Assembly (NCBI GenBank): GCA_964543105.1
Contig: CAZIXV010000001.1
Location: 1-42,442, forward strand
Direction: 5' to 3'
DNA from: an uncultured Steroidobacteraceae bacterium
Lineage (GTDB): Bacteria > Pseudomonadota > Gammaproteobacteria > Steroidobacterales > Steroidobacteraceae
Length of the DNA stretch: 42,442 bases
Position numbers and translations under genes: made by a program. The notes under the pieces are model-generated. The model was given only the letters and a program-made list of their open reading frames with translations, was not told the origin of the DNA and did no database searches. Shown one piece after another: positions 31,862-40,555 of the stretch (its first letter is position 1; each line of letters opens with the position of its first letter).

Positions 31862-33132
31862 ACGCATTGACTCGCGCTGAGGCCTTGGCATTCGATGCGC
31901 AGGACGCATTGGCGGAGTTCCGCAGCTCGTTTCGTATTCCGCAACGTAGCGGCGGCGGTGCAGCAGTGTATCTGTGTGGGCATTCACTGGGACTTGCGCC
32001 GAAGCGCGCCGCGCAACTCGTGAACGAAGAATTGGATGCGTGGGCGCGGCTCGGTGTCGATGGCCACTTCGCAGCGCAACGCCCGTGGGTGTCCTATCAC
32101 GAACGAGCGACGGAAGGTCTCGCCCAGCTCACGGGTGCGCGCGCCCTTGAAGTCGTCGCGATGAACTCGCTCACCGCCAATCTGCATTTGATGCTCACCA
32201 GCTTTTATCGGCCTGCGGGCGAGCGGCGCAAGATCCTCATGGAGGCGTACGCATTTTCTTCGGATCGCTATGCGATCGAATCACAGTTGCGCCATCACCA
32301 GCTCGATCCAGCGGACGCACTCGTCTTGATTTCACCGCGTGAGAACGAAATGCTGCTGCGCACCGAGGACATCTGCGAACGCATCGAACGCGAAGGCGCG
32401 CAACTCGCTACCGTGCTGCTGCCGGGCGTGCAGTACCTCACCGGCCAAAGCTTCGATATTCAAGCAATCACCCGGGCGGCGCATCGCGTCGGCGCGAGCG
32501 CCGGTTACGACCTGGCACACGCCATTGGCAACACGCCGCTCGAGTTGCACGACTGGGATGTCGATTTCGCCGTGTGGTGTAGCTACAAGTATTTGAACAG
32601 CGGTCCCGGCGCGATCGGCGGTGCTTTCGTACACGAGCGACACGCACACAGTAACCTCATACGTCTGGCTGGCTGGTGGGGCCACGACAAACAATCGCGC
32701 TTCGCGATGCCGCCCACGTTCAAACCGCTCGCTGGCGCGGAAGGCTGGCAACTCTCCAATCCGCCGATTCTTGCACTGGCTCCGCTACTCGCCTCGCTGG
32801 ACGTGTTCCAAGCCGCGGGCCGGGAACGTTTGCGCGAAAAATCGCTCGCATTGACGAACTACCTCGCCACATTGCTGCACGCGCAGGCCGGCGATCACTT
32901 GACGATCCTGACGCCGCAAAATCCTGAGGAGCGTGGATGCCAGCTCTCGTTGCGCCTGCACTGCGCGGCAGATGCGGCACGCGCAATTCACGCGCAACTT
33001 ACCGAGCAAGGCTTCATTTGCGATTGGCGTGAACCCGATGTGATTCGCGTCGCGCCCGTACCCCTCTACAACACATTCGTGGAGGTATGGGAGTTCGCCA
33101 ACGCGCTGAGTGACTTGATCAAACCGCAATGA
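31858..33132 (+). CDS. kynU: Kynureninase
   Basis: YLCGHSLGL, MNSLTANLH, DLAHAIGN, WCSYKYLNSGPG, GWWGH, QLSNPP. Confidence 0.95.
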   Translation: MNALTRAEALAFDAQDALAEFRSSFRIPQRSGGGAAVYLCGHSLGLAPKRAAQLVNEELDAWARLGVDGHFAAQRPWVSYHERATEGLAQLTGARALEVVAMNSLTANLHLMLTSFYRPAGERRKILMEAYAFSSDRYAIESQLRHHQLDPADALVLISPRENEMLLRTEDICERIEREGAQLATVLLPGVQYLTGQSFDIQAITRAAHRVGASAGYDLAHAIGNTPLELHDWDVDFAVWCSYKYLNSGPGAIGGAFVHERHAHSNLIRLAGWWGHDKQSRFAMPPTFKPLAGAEGWQLSNPPILALAPLLASLDVFQAAGRERLREKSLALTNYLATLLHAQAGDHLTILTPQNPEERGCQLSLRLHCAADAARAIHAQLTEQGFICDWREPDVIRVAPVPLYNTFVEVWEFANALSDLIKPQ

Positions 33133-34493
33133 CCCAATCCTTCGATCCTCAAGGCGTAACGATTTGTGGCGCGGGCCTCGCCGGCAGCCTGCTGGCGATC
33201 TTGCTGGCCCGCCAAGGCATGCGCGTGCGGCTGTTCGAGCGACTGGCCGATATGCGCAGCGAGCCCGTGCCCGCCGGACGTTCGATCAACATGGCGCTTG
33301 CCGCGCGCGGCATACAGGCGCTCGAAATGGCCGGCGTCATGTCGGAGGTCGAGCAGCTCTTGATCGCGATGCCCGGGCGCATGCTGCATGACCCGAACGG
33401 CGCGCAAACGCTCTTGCCCTACGGCAAGGATGCCAGCGAGGTCATCTATTCAGTTTCTCGACCAGGACTGAACCGCTTGCTGCTCGACGCCGCACGACGT
33501 CTCGGTGTCGAGATCTGTTTTCAACATGCAGTGACCGGTGCGGACTTCACGACCCGCAAAGTGCATTTGCAGCGCACTGGCAACGATACAGTCAGCATCG
33601 ACCTGCATCGCGTCATTGGCACTGATGGCGCAGGCTCGCACTTGCGGCATGCGCTGGTGAAGTATTTCGACGTCCCGCATAGCGAAGATCTGCTCGCACA
33701 CGGCTACAAGGAACTCACGATTCCGCCAGCCGCTAGCGGTGCGCACCGCATCGAACGGCATGCGCTGCACATCTGGCCGCGTGGCGGCTTCATGTTGATT
33801 GCTTTGCCGAACACCGACGGCAGCTTCACCGCGACCCTGTTCGCACCGCACGAAGGCGAGGACAGCTTTGCGACTCTCACCACTGCGCAACGCATCCGCG
33901 CGTTTTTCTCCCGACACTTTTCCGATGCGCTGGCGCTCATGCCGGACATCGAGACAGAATTTGCGGCGCGCCCAATCGGCGTGATGGGCACGGTGCGCTG
34001 CGCGCGCTGGGCGGTCGAAGACTCTTTGCTGCTGCTCGGCGATGCGGCGCATGCGATCACGCCCTTTCACGGGCAAGGCATGAACTGCGCCTTCGAAGAT
34101 TGCGCGCAACTTGCGACCCTGTTGGCGCGCGAGCCGGATCTTGCGCAGGCGTTTGCGACCTTCGAACAGCTGCGACGCCCGAATACCAATGCGATCGCCC
34201 AGATGGCGCTCGAGAACTATCTGGAAATGCGCGACACCGTGCGTGATCCGACGTTCCAATTACAGAAGGCGCTATCGCTCGAACTGGAGCGCCGCTTTCC
34301 GGATCGCTTCGTACCGCGCTATTCGATGGTCATGTTTCACGAGCGCATCCCGTACGCCGTCGCGCTCGAACGCGGACGCATCCAAAGCGAGATTCTGGGC
34401 GCGCTGACCGCATCGGCGCAGACGCTCGAGCAGATCGATTGGACGCAAGCGCAGCAACTCGTTGAGACGCAGCTCGAGCCAATGATGATTTGA
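33129..34493 (+). CDS. kmo: Kynurenine 3-monooxygenase
   Basis: GAGLAG, GRSINMAL, GYKEL, LHIWPRG, GDAAHAITPFHGQGMNCAFED, ALENYLEMRD. Confidence 0.93.
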   Translation: MTQSFDPQGVTICGAGLAGSLLAILLARQGMRVRLFERLADMRSEPVPAGRSINMALAARGIQALEMAGVMSEVEQLLIAMPGRMLHDPNGAQTLLPYGKDASEVIYSVSRPGLNRLLLDAARRLGVEICFQHAVTGADFTTRKVHLQRTGNDTVSIDLHRVIGTDGAGSHLRHALVKYFDVPHSEDLLAHGYKELTIPPAASGAHRIERHALHIWPRGGFMLIALPNTDGSFTATLFAPHEGEDSFATLTTAQRIRAFFSRHFSDALALMPDIETEFAARPIGVMGTVRCARWAVEDSLLLLGDAAHAITPFHGQGMNCAFEDCAQLATLLAREPDLAQAFATFEQLRRPNTNAIAQMALENYLEMRDTVRDPTFQLQKALSLELERRFPDRFVPRYSMVMFHERIPYAVALERGRIQSEILGALTASAQTLEQIDWTQAQQLVETQLEPMMI

Positions 34494-34495
34494 AG

Positions 34496-35341
34496 ATGGC
34501 TACTTATTCATACCGCATCGTCAATGTCTTCACGCGCGACGCTGGCGCGCTCACCGGCAATCCGTTGTGCGTGTTCGAGCATGCCGATGCGCTCGACACC
34601 GAGACCATGCAAGCCTTGGCGCGCCAGTTCAATCTTTCCGAGACGACCTTCGTGCTGCGCTCGACACGCGCGGATGCGAAAGTTCGAATCTTCACTCCCA
34701 GTTACGAAATGCCCTTTGCGGGCCATCCCACGCTCGGCACGGCATTCGTCTGTCATGCACTCGGCCTCGGTGGCTCGAATCTCACACTCGAGATGCATGC
34801 CGGACTCATCCCGGTGACGTCGAACGGCGCACGCTGGACCTTGCAAGCCAATCCACCGACTTGGCGTGAACCGCACTCGTCTGCAGCTCAACTGGCCGAG
34901 GCGCTCGGCTTGAATGAACAGGACATCGACGCCCGCCCGCTATGGGTCAACGCTGGCAAGGAACAGCTCATCGTGCCGTTGACCAGTCTTGATGCGGTAC
35001 AGCGCGCGCGGCCGGACGCGAAACTGGCCGCACGTGAACTCAGTGTCGATGGCCATTGTATGGCCTACGTGTTCGCACATGCCGCGCCCGGCAAGTTATC
35101 AGCGCGATTCTTCTTCCCCGTGGGCGGCGCGATGCTGGAGGATCCGGCGACAGGCTCGGCGTGCGCCAACTTGGGCGGCTGGTTTCTCGCCGGTGAAGCG
35201 GCGCTGCCCCTCACCTACGAGATTTCACAAGGCGAATACGTACAACGCCCCTCGACGCTGTACCTCCACGTCGATGCGCAGCGGCAGATTCACGTCAGCG
35301 GCGAAGTTGTCGAACTCGGACGCGGGACGATCGTGCTCTGA
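34496..35341 (+). CDS. PhzF family isomerase
   Basis: GNPLCV, NLSETTF, RIFTP-EMPFAGHPTLG, EDPATGSA, QGE-RPS. Confidence 0.9.
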   Translation: MATYSYRIVNVFTRDAGALTGNPLCVFEHADALDTETMQALARQFNLSETTFVLRSTRADAKVRIFTPSYEMPFAGHPTLGTAFVCHALGLGGSNLTLEMHAGLIPVTSNGARWTLQANPPTWREPHSSAAQLAEALGLNEQDIDARPLWVNAGKEQLIVPLTSLDAVQRARPDAKLAARELSVDGHCMAYVFAHAAPGKLSARFFFPVGGAMLEDPATGSACANLGGWFLAGEAALPLTYEISQGEYVQRPSTLYLHVDAQRQIHVSGEVVELGRGTIVL

Positions 35342-35449
35342 TTTAGAGGTGTCGTGCAGTCTCACGCGTGGAACCCAAGCGCCGGGCCACTCATATGACT
35401 ACGTGAGTCTTTGAAACCGGTCCGCGTTTTTTCGACGATGGTGCACGGC

Positions 35450-35836
35450 ATGACGCAGCACGCCTCCGTAACGGCCACATCCACCTATGACGACATGCCG
35501 CTGTCGCTCGTCCTGTTCAGGTTCTTCTGGCCGTTCTGGCTGTTTCGGCACGCCGGTCGCGGCGATCGCTTCGTTCGCGCCGCCGCCTATCGCCACAATC
35601 GCTCGATGCGCGTGTATCTACCCGCCTATTTGATGCGCTGGGCGGTCACTTCGACATTCGTGCTGGCTTTGATGAATGGCATGGATGCAGCGGCCAAGTC
35701 ATCGCTGGCCCCCATGTCGACGGTTTTCACGATCCTGACGGCACTGTGCGCGATTGCGCTCGCAGGTGGGGTATGCATGATGCTCGTCACCGCGTACGTC
35801 TATCTTTATTTGCGGCGTAACGAGTCTGCACAGTAG
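35450..35836 (+). CDS. Hypothetical small membrane protein
   Basis: Aromatic segment LFRFFWPFWLF, motif AAAYRHN...YLPAYLMRW, two C-terminal hydrophobic helices; start uncertain (35438, 35450 or 35495). Confidence 0.65.
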   Translation: MTQHASVTATSTYDDMPLSLVLFRFFWPFWLFRHAGRGDRFVRAAAYRHNRSMRVYLPAYLMRWAVTSTFVLALMNGMDAAAKSSLAPMSTVFTILTALCAIALAGGVCMMLVTAYVYLYLRRNESAQ

Positions 35837-35918
35837 CGCCTCCGCTCCGAGGTGACGGGGCCGACGACGCTGACACGCACCTTCGCCAGCGCGCCACCCC
35901 GTCACCTCATCACCGATC

Positions 35919-36800
35919 TTACGCGGCCAGCTTCTCGGTCTCAGCGCAGGCCGGAGATACCGCGAGCACATCGCAGCGCACATTGCGAAACACTTCATCG
36001 GCAACGCTACCGAAGAGCAACCGTTTCAATGTCAACCATCTACTCGTGCCGATCACGAGCAGATCAGAGTTCGTCGACTGCAGCGTAGAGCGGATGGCAG
36101 TGAACGGCGTGGCAGGTTGAGCGGTGACATGGACGCGTTTCAAATCCACGCCTACGGCAACGAGATCCTCCAGCAACTCGCGATGCATGCGCTCGCGAAA
36201 GGCTCGGTCGGCTGCATCGTGTCGCCACGATTCCTGCGCGTCGCGCGCGATCATGCCTTCAGGCGGCGGCATGAATCCGTGGACCACCCAGGCCCGGGCC
36301 TCATCGAGCATGCCCATCGAAACGGCGGTCTTTGCGACCTGTTGCGTCGTCGAGGTGAGATCGGACGCGAGCACCACGTTGTCATACGGAATGGCCGCGG
36401 GCTGACTCACGATCAACACCGGCCGTTGCGTCGCGCGGATCACGCGCTCTGCCGTTGTACCGAGCAGATAATCCAGCCGACTGCGGCGCGGCGCAGCCAT
36501 GACGATGAGATCCGGCGCCCAGTCGCGCGCCGCTTCAGTAATGGCGCTAAGCGGTTTACCGATCCGCACGGTCACGCTCGCCAACTCGGCGGCGTGTCTC
36601 ATTGCGCGTTCGGCGAGCGAGAGCAGTCGCGCATGGGCGCGATTGACCTTCATGCGCAATACGCGCCCGGCGTAAGAATCGCTGACGGCGTGGACGAATT
36701 GCACTTCGGCATCCAGTGCGCGCGCGGTCATGACGGCGCGCGCGACGGCATCGTCAGAGCGCTTCCCCAAGTCGGTGACACACAAGAGTCTCTTACGCAT
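35919..36800 (-). CDS. Tandem (two-domain) universal stress protein
   Basis: KRLLCVTDL...LLGTTAERVIRATQRPVLIV and NVVLASDL...LFGSVADEVFRNVRCDVLAV; GGAGGA RBS before ATG 36800. Confidence 0.9.
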   Translation of the reverse strand: MRKRLLCVTDLGKRSDDAVARAVMTARALDAEVQFVHAVSDSYAGRVLRMKVNRAHARLLSLAERAMRHAAELASVTVRIGKPLSAITEAARDWAPDLIVMAAPRRSRLDYLLGTTAERVIRATQRPVLIVSQPAAIPYDNVVLASDLTSTTQQVAKTAVSMGMLDEARAWVVHGFMPPPEGMIARDAQESWRHDAADRAFRERMHRELLEDLVAVGVDLKRVHVTAQPATPFTAIRSTLQSTNSDLLVIGTSRWLTLKRLLFGSVADEVFRNVRCDVLAVSPACAETEKLAA

Positions 36801-36960
36801 ACGCCAATCCTCCAGCGGCAATGGGGCCCTTGCAGCGCGATTGGTTATCAGTTGTTGCACCGCCTCGACGCACGCGACGCCGTCATTCGAGACAGAAAAC
36901 ACCAATTCGATTCGCGCGCTCTCCTGACTCCTTATTAGCGAGGCTGCTGATTTAGATCCA

Positions 36961-36997
36961 TTAGAATTCTCCGCCACAATGGTTAGACAAAGGCGAA
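36961..36997. promoter_or_regulatory. Candidate LysR operator: two related boxes 22 bp apart
   Basis: TTAG-AATTCTC-CGCC (36961) and TTAG-ACAAAGG-CGAA (36983) just upstream of the LysR start. Confidence 0.4.
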
Positions 36998-37002
36998 AGG
37001 AC

Positions 37003-37917
37003 ATGGCGCTGCCCATTCCGCGACTCAACTATCAGCATTTGCTGTATTTCTGGGCGGTCGTGCGCACCGGCAGCCTCACGAAAGCCTGCGCCGAGCTGCA
37101 TCTGGCACCGCCCACCGTCAGTGCGCAATTGCGCACGTTCGAGGAACGTATCGGCGAAAAGCTGCTGGTGAAAGCGGGCCGGCGTTTGGTCCCAAGCGAA
37201 ATGGGCCGGCTCGTTTATCGCTACGCGGACGAGATCTTTAGCCTCGGCGGAGACTTATTGAACGCAGTCGCACAGCGGCCCACGAGTCGGCCCTTGCGAC
37301 TCGCCGTCGGTATCGATGATGTGGTCCCGAAAGAGATCGCCCACCGCTTGATGGAATCCGCGCTCTCTCTCGAATTCGCCGTGCAGCTGGTGTGTCACGA
37401 AGGAACGCTCGAACAGTTGCTCACCTCACTGCAAGTTCACGAGCTAGATGTGGTGTTATCGGATTCTCCGGTGACACCCAGCCTGCGCATGCAGGCTTAT
37501 AACCACCCGCTGGGTACATCGAATGCATCGTGGATGGCCGCACCCTCGCTGGCGCGAGGCTTGCGCAAGGAGTTTCCGCGTTCGTTGAATGGCGCGCCGC
37601 TGCTGCTGCCAACGCGCGATACGGCCATCCGCCGTTCGCTCGATCAATGGCTCGATCGCCACAATGTACGTCCGCTCATCATCGGAGAGTTCGAGGACTT
37701 CGCGTTGCTACGCGAATTTGCTCGTGCAGCGCGCGGGGTCGCGCCGGTGCCCGATGTCCTGATCGAGCAGTTTCGCCGTGAAAGCAATCTGGAAGTATTG
37801 GGCCCGATCCGCAAAGTGCGCGCCGAGTTCTACGCGATTTCGATGGAACGCAAGATTCGGCATCCGGCCGTCGCTGCGATTCATAGCAAGGCGCGGGAGC
37901 TATTTCCCAAAGCGTGA
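37003..37917 (+). CDS. LysR family regulator, NhaR-like
   Basis: LNYQHLLYFWAV, PPTVSAQL, YADEIFSLG, GIDDVVPK, HELDVVLSD, EFEDFALL, ERKIRHPAV, all typical of the NhaR subfamily. Confidence 0.88.
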   Translation: MALPIPRLNYQHLLYFWAVVRTGSLTKACAELHLAPPTVSAQLRTFEERIGEKLLVKAGRRLVPSEMGRLVYRYADEIFSLGGDLLNAVAQRPTSRPLRLAVGIDDVVPKEIAHRLMESALSLEFAVQLVCHEGTLEQLLTSLQVHELDVVLSDSPVTPSLRMQAYNHPLGTSNASWMAAPSLARGLRKEFPRSLNGAPLLLPTRDTAIRRSLDQWLDRHNVRPLIIGEFEDFALLREFARAARGVAPVPDVLIEQFRRESNLEVLGPIRKVRAEFYAISMERKIRHPAVAAIHSKARELFPKA

Positions 37918-37922
37918 CGAGT

Positions 37923-38450
37923 TCAAGCCGCGTTGCCGCCCGGCGGATCTTCTTCCACGGGTGCGAAATGGCTGAGCCACATCGCCAATTGCCCGCGACA
38001 TTGCGTGAGCTCATCGAACTTCGCCGGATAGCCGACGAGCAACGCGAGCGGCGCCTCAGCGCGAATGACACCGAAACGTGCGTTGACCTCGGTATCCAAT
38101 AAATTGGCGCGGCGGGTCAGCAAGTCGCGTCGGACCGGCTCGAATTGCTGCGGACTGCACAGCACACGCACCCCCATGTACGGCTCTTCCAGGTGTTTGC
38201 CTTTTCTATAGCGCACGAGCGGCGAGTCGACCTGCAATTCCTCGCCATACACTTCCCGCAGTCGCGCAAGCGGCCGCTCGAGCGATAGCTCGGTTTCGGC
38301 AAGCAAGGTGAGTCCGTTTCTACTCGGCTCGAAGGCCGTCGATTCGTCTTTGGGTACGATTTCCATCGCTGCTTGCGCGAAGGCAAGCTGAAAGCGTTCG
38401 CCGCGATGCGAACACTTGCACTCGATGGCGAAGTCTCGCTGCATAACCAT
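37923..38450 (-). CDS. Stand-alone EF-G domain III + domain V protein (no GTPase, no domains II or IV)
   Basis: TLLAETELSLERPLARLREVYGEELQVDSPLVRYR matches the end of EF-G domain III; LEEPYMGVRV...DLLTRR...IRAEAPLALLVGY...LTQCRG matches domain V; GGGAG RBS before ATG 38450; 175 aa. Confidence 0.8.
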   Translation of the reverse strand: MVMQRDFAIECKCSHRGERFQLAFAQAAMEIVPKDESTAFEPSRNGLTLLAETELSLERPLARLREVYGEELQVDSPLVRYRKGKHLEEPYMGVRVLCSPQQFEPVRRDLLTRRANLLDTEVNARFGVIRAEAPLALLVGYPAKFDELTQCRGQLAMWLSHFAPVEEDPPGGNAA

Positions 38451-38706
38451 CAATCTCCCGTAATCCTCGAAGGCACATTCAACGTGCAATGCTGCCAGCC
38501 CCAAATCTGCTTGGAGGAAGCAAAGCCGATGTTGAGGCCGGCCCGATGCGGAGTGTCCGTTACGGCAAAGCCGTAGGACCGGCCGCTTAGGAAAGCCAGG
38601 CCGTATTGCCCGAGGTGGTGTGAGAGGCGCGGTTGCGACGGCGAAGCACCCTGCAGTGCCGTCTAGGATGCTGAGACGAGGTGTCGATCGCGCGCGCCAT
38701 GTGCTC

Positions 38707-38734
38707 CTTATAGCGCGTCGGCAGTTCTTTTCAA
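38707..38734 (-). promoter_or_regulatory. Candidate promoter for the EF-G-like gene
   Basis: (C)TTGAAA-N16-TATAAG on the minus strand, about 255 nt upstream of ATG 38450. Confidence 0.45.
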
Positions 38735-38818
38735 GGTTCGGCGGGCATCTGCGCGAGCGATCTGCGACCTGATCGCCGCTCGCCCCTCGTTCACGCTGCG
38801 CCAGCAGCCGACGCAGCG

Positions 38819-40555
38819 TCAGGCGGTCTTCGCGACAAGCTGAAAATTACGACCCTCGAGCATGGGGGCGACGGCTTCGATACGTAGCACGAAATCGCCA
38901 AAGGCCTCGCCTTCGATTCGTTCTTGACCAAAACGCTCGAAGAGTGCCTTGAGCACGGTCAGGATCTGCTCCTCGCCGATATTTTCTCGATAAAGCACAT
39001 TCAAGCGCTCACCGCGCGGGCTGCCGCCGATGTAGAGGTTGTATTTGCCGGGCGCTTTCCCCACGAAGCCGATCTCTGCAAGAAACGGCCGCGAACAGCC
39101 ATTCGGACACCCGCTCATGCGGATCGTGATCGGCACCTCGGCAATGCCCGTTTCACTGGCGAGCGCGTCAAGCTTATCGACGAGCGACGGCAGATAGCGT
39201 TCGCTTTCGGCCATCGCCAGCGCGCAAGTCGGCAATGCCACACACGCCATCGCATTGCGCGCAAGGGGGCTGGCCTGGGCGCCTGGCTTGACCTGGTGAG
39301 CGCGCAGGATCGCCTCGATAGCCGCCTTGTCTTGCTCGGCAACTCCAGCAATCGTGAGATTTTGATTCGTTGTGAGCGCGAACACGCCGGTGTGACGCTC
39401 GGCAATTTCACGCAGCGCCGTCATGAGCGAGCGCTCGGGCGTGTCGTTCACGCGGCCGTTCTGGATCAGCAGCGTGTAATGCCAGTGGCCATCCTCGCCG
39501 CGATGCCAGCCATCGGGGTCCCCGTTCGATGTGAATTCGAATGCGCGTGCCGGCTCGAGCGGCTTGCCGCAGCGGCGCGCCAGTTCCTCTCTGAACCATT
39601 CAACCCCGCGATCGTCGATCGTGTACTTGAAGCGCGCGTGAGCGCGGTCGCGCCGATCGCCGAAATCACGCTGAATGCACATCGTCTGCTCAGCGACCTC
39701 GATGATGTCCTCGGCCAAGCAAAACCCTGCCAGCGTGCTCAGCCGCGGAAAGGTCGCTGGAATCTTGTGCGTCATGCCCATGCCGCCGCCGACGAGCACG
39801 TTGTAGCCCACGATCGCACCGTTCTCGACGATCGCAATGAAACCGAGATCATGCGCGTAGACGTCGATGTCGTTCGAGGGCGGTACGGCAATCGCTATCT
39901 TGAACTTGCGCGGTAAGTACGTCGGCCCGTAGAGCGGCTCCTCCTGCACAGGCGGCGGTTCGCTCGCAGCTTGTTGCAATAACAGTTCGCGATACGCACC
40001 GGTGCGCGGCATCAAATGCTCGCTGACGCGCTTTGCAGTCGCGGTCGCTTCGGCGTGCGCCGCCGACAACAATGGATTGGCCGTGCAGATGACATTGCGA
40101 TTGTCATCGCCGCACGCCGCGATCGTATCGAGCCCTGCTGCGGCGATACCGCGAATGTGGCGCGGCAGATTGTGTTTGCGAACCCCGTGAAATTGGAAGG
40201 TCTGCCGGGTGGTCAGGCGCAGCTCGCCATTGGCTGTCGCACGTGCCTGCGCGTCGAGCGCCAGCCATTGCGCCGGCGTGCACACGCCCCCTGGCAGCCG
40301 CACGCGCACCATGAATTGATACAGCGGCTCAAGGCGCGCCAAGCGTCGTTCTTCGCGCAGGTCACGATCGTCCTGCTGATAGATGCCGAAAAATTTCGTG
40401 AGCAACGCATCGTCCGGCGCGATGCTGCCGGTCACCGGATCGATGAGACTGTCGGCCAGCGTGCCGCGCAGAAAGCGGCTCTCGTGTTTCAGCCGTTCGT
40501 TGGAATGCAGCTCATCGAGCGGTCGAGAAATATCGTTCTTGCGATTGAGATCCAT
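38819..40555 (-). CDS. cysI: Assimilatory sulfite reductase hemoprotein subunit
   Basis: GIYQQDDRD, RLTTRQTFQFHG, TYLPRKFK, ACVALPTC, SGCPNGC. Confidence 0.96.
   Translation of the reverse strand: MDLNRKNDISRPLDELHSNERLKHESRFLRGTLADSLIDPVTGSIAPDDALLTKFFGIYQQDDRDLREERRLARLEPLYQFMVRVRLPGGVCTPAQWLALDAQARATANGELRLTTRQTFQFHGVRKHNLPRHIRGIAAAGLDTIAACGDDNRNVICTANPLLSAAHAEATATAKRVSEHLMPRTGAYRELLLQQAASEPPPVQEEPLYGPTYLPRKFKIAIAVPPSNDIDVYAHDLGFIAIVENGAIVGYNVLVGGGMGMTHKIPATFPRLSTLAGFCLAEDIIEVAEQTMCIQRDFGDRRDRAHARFKYTIDDRGVEWFREELARRCGKPLEPARAFEFTSNGDPDGWHRGEDGHWHYTLLIQNGRVNDTPERSLMTALREIAERHTGVFALTTNQNLTIAGVAEQDKAAIEAILRAHQVKPGAQASPLARNAMACVALPTCALAMAESERYLPSLVDKLDALASETGIAEVPITIRMSGCPNGCSRPFLAEIGFVGKAPGKYNLYIGGSPRGERLNVLYRENIGEEQILTVLKALFERFGQERIEGEAFGDFVLRIEAVAPMLEGRNFQLVAKTA

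Noticed and set aside
34496-35341. Phenazine biosynthesis cluster
   Set aside because: Only a PhzF homolog is present; no phzA/B, D, E or G
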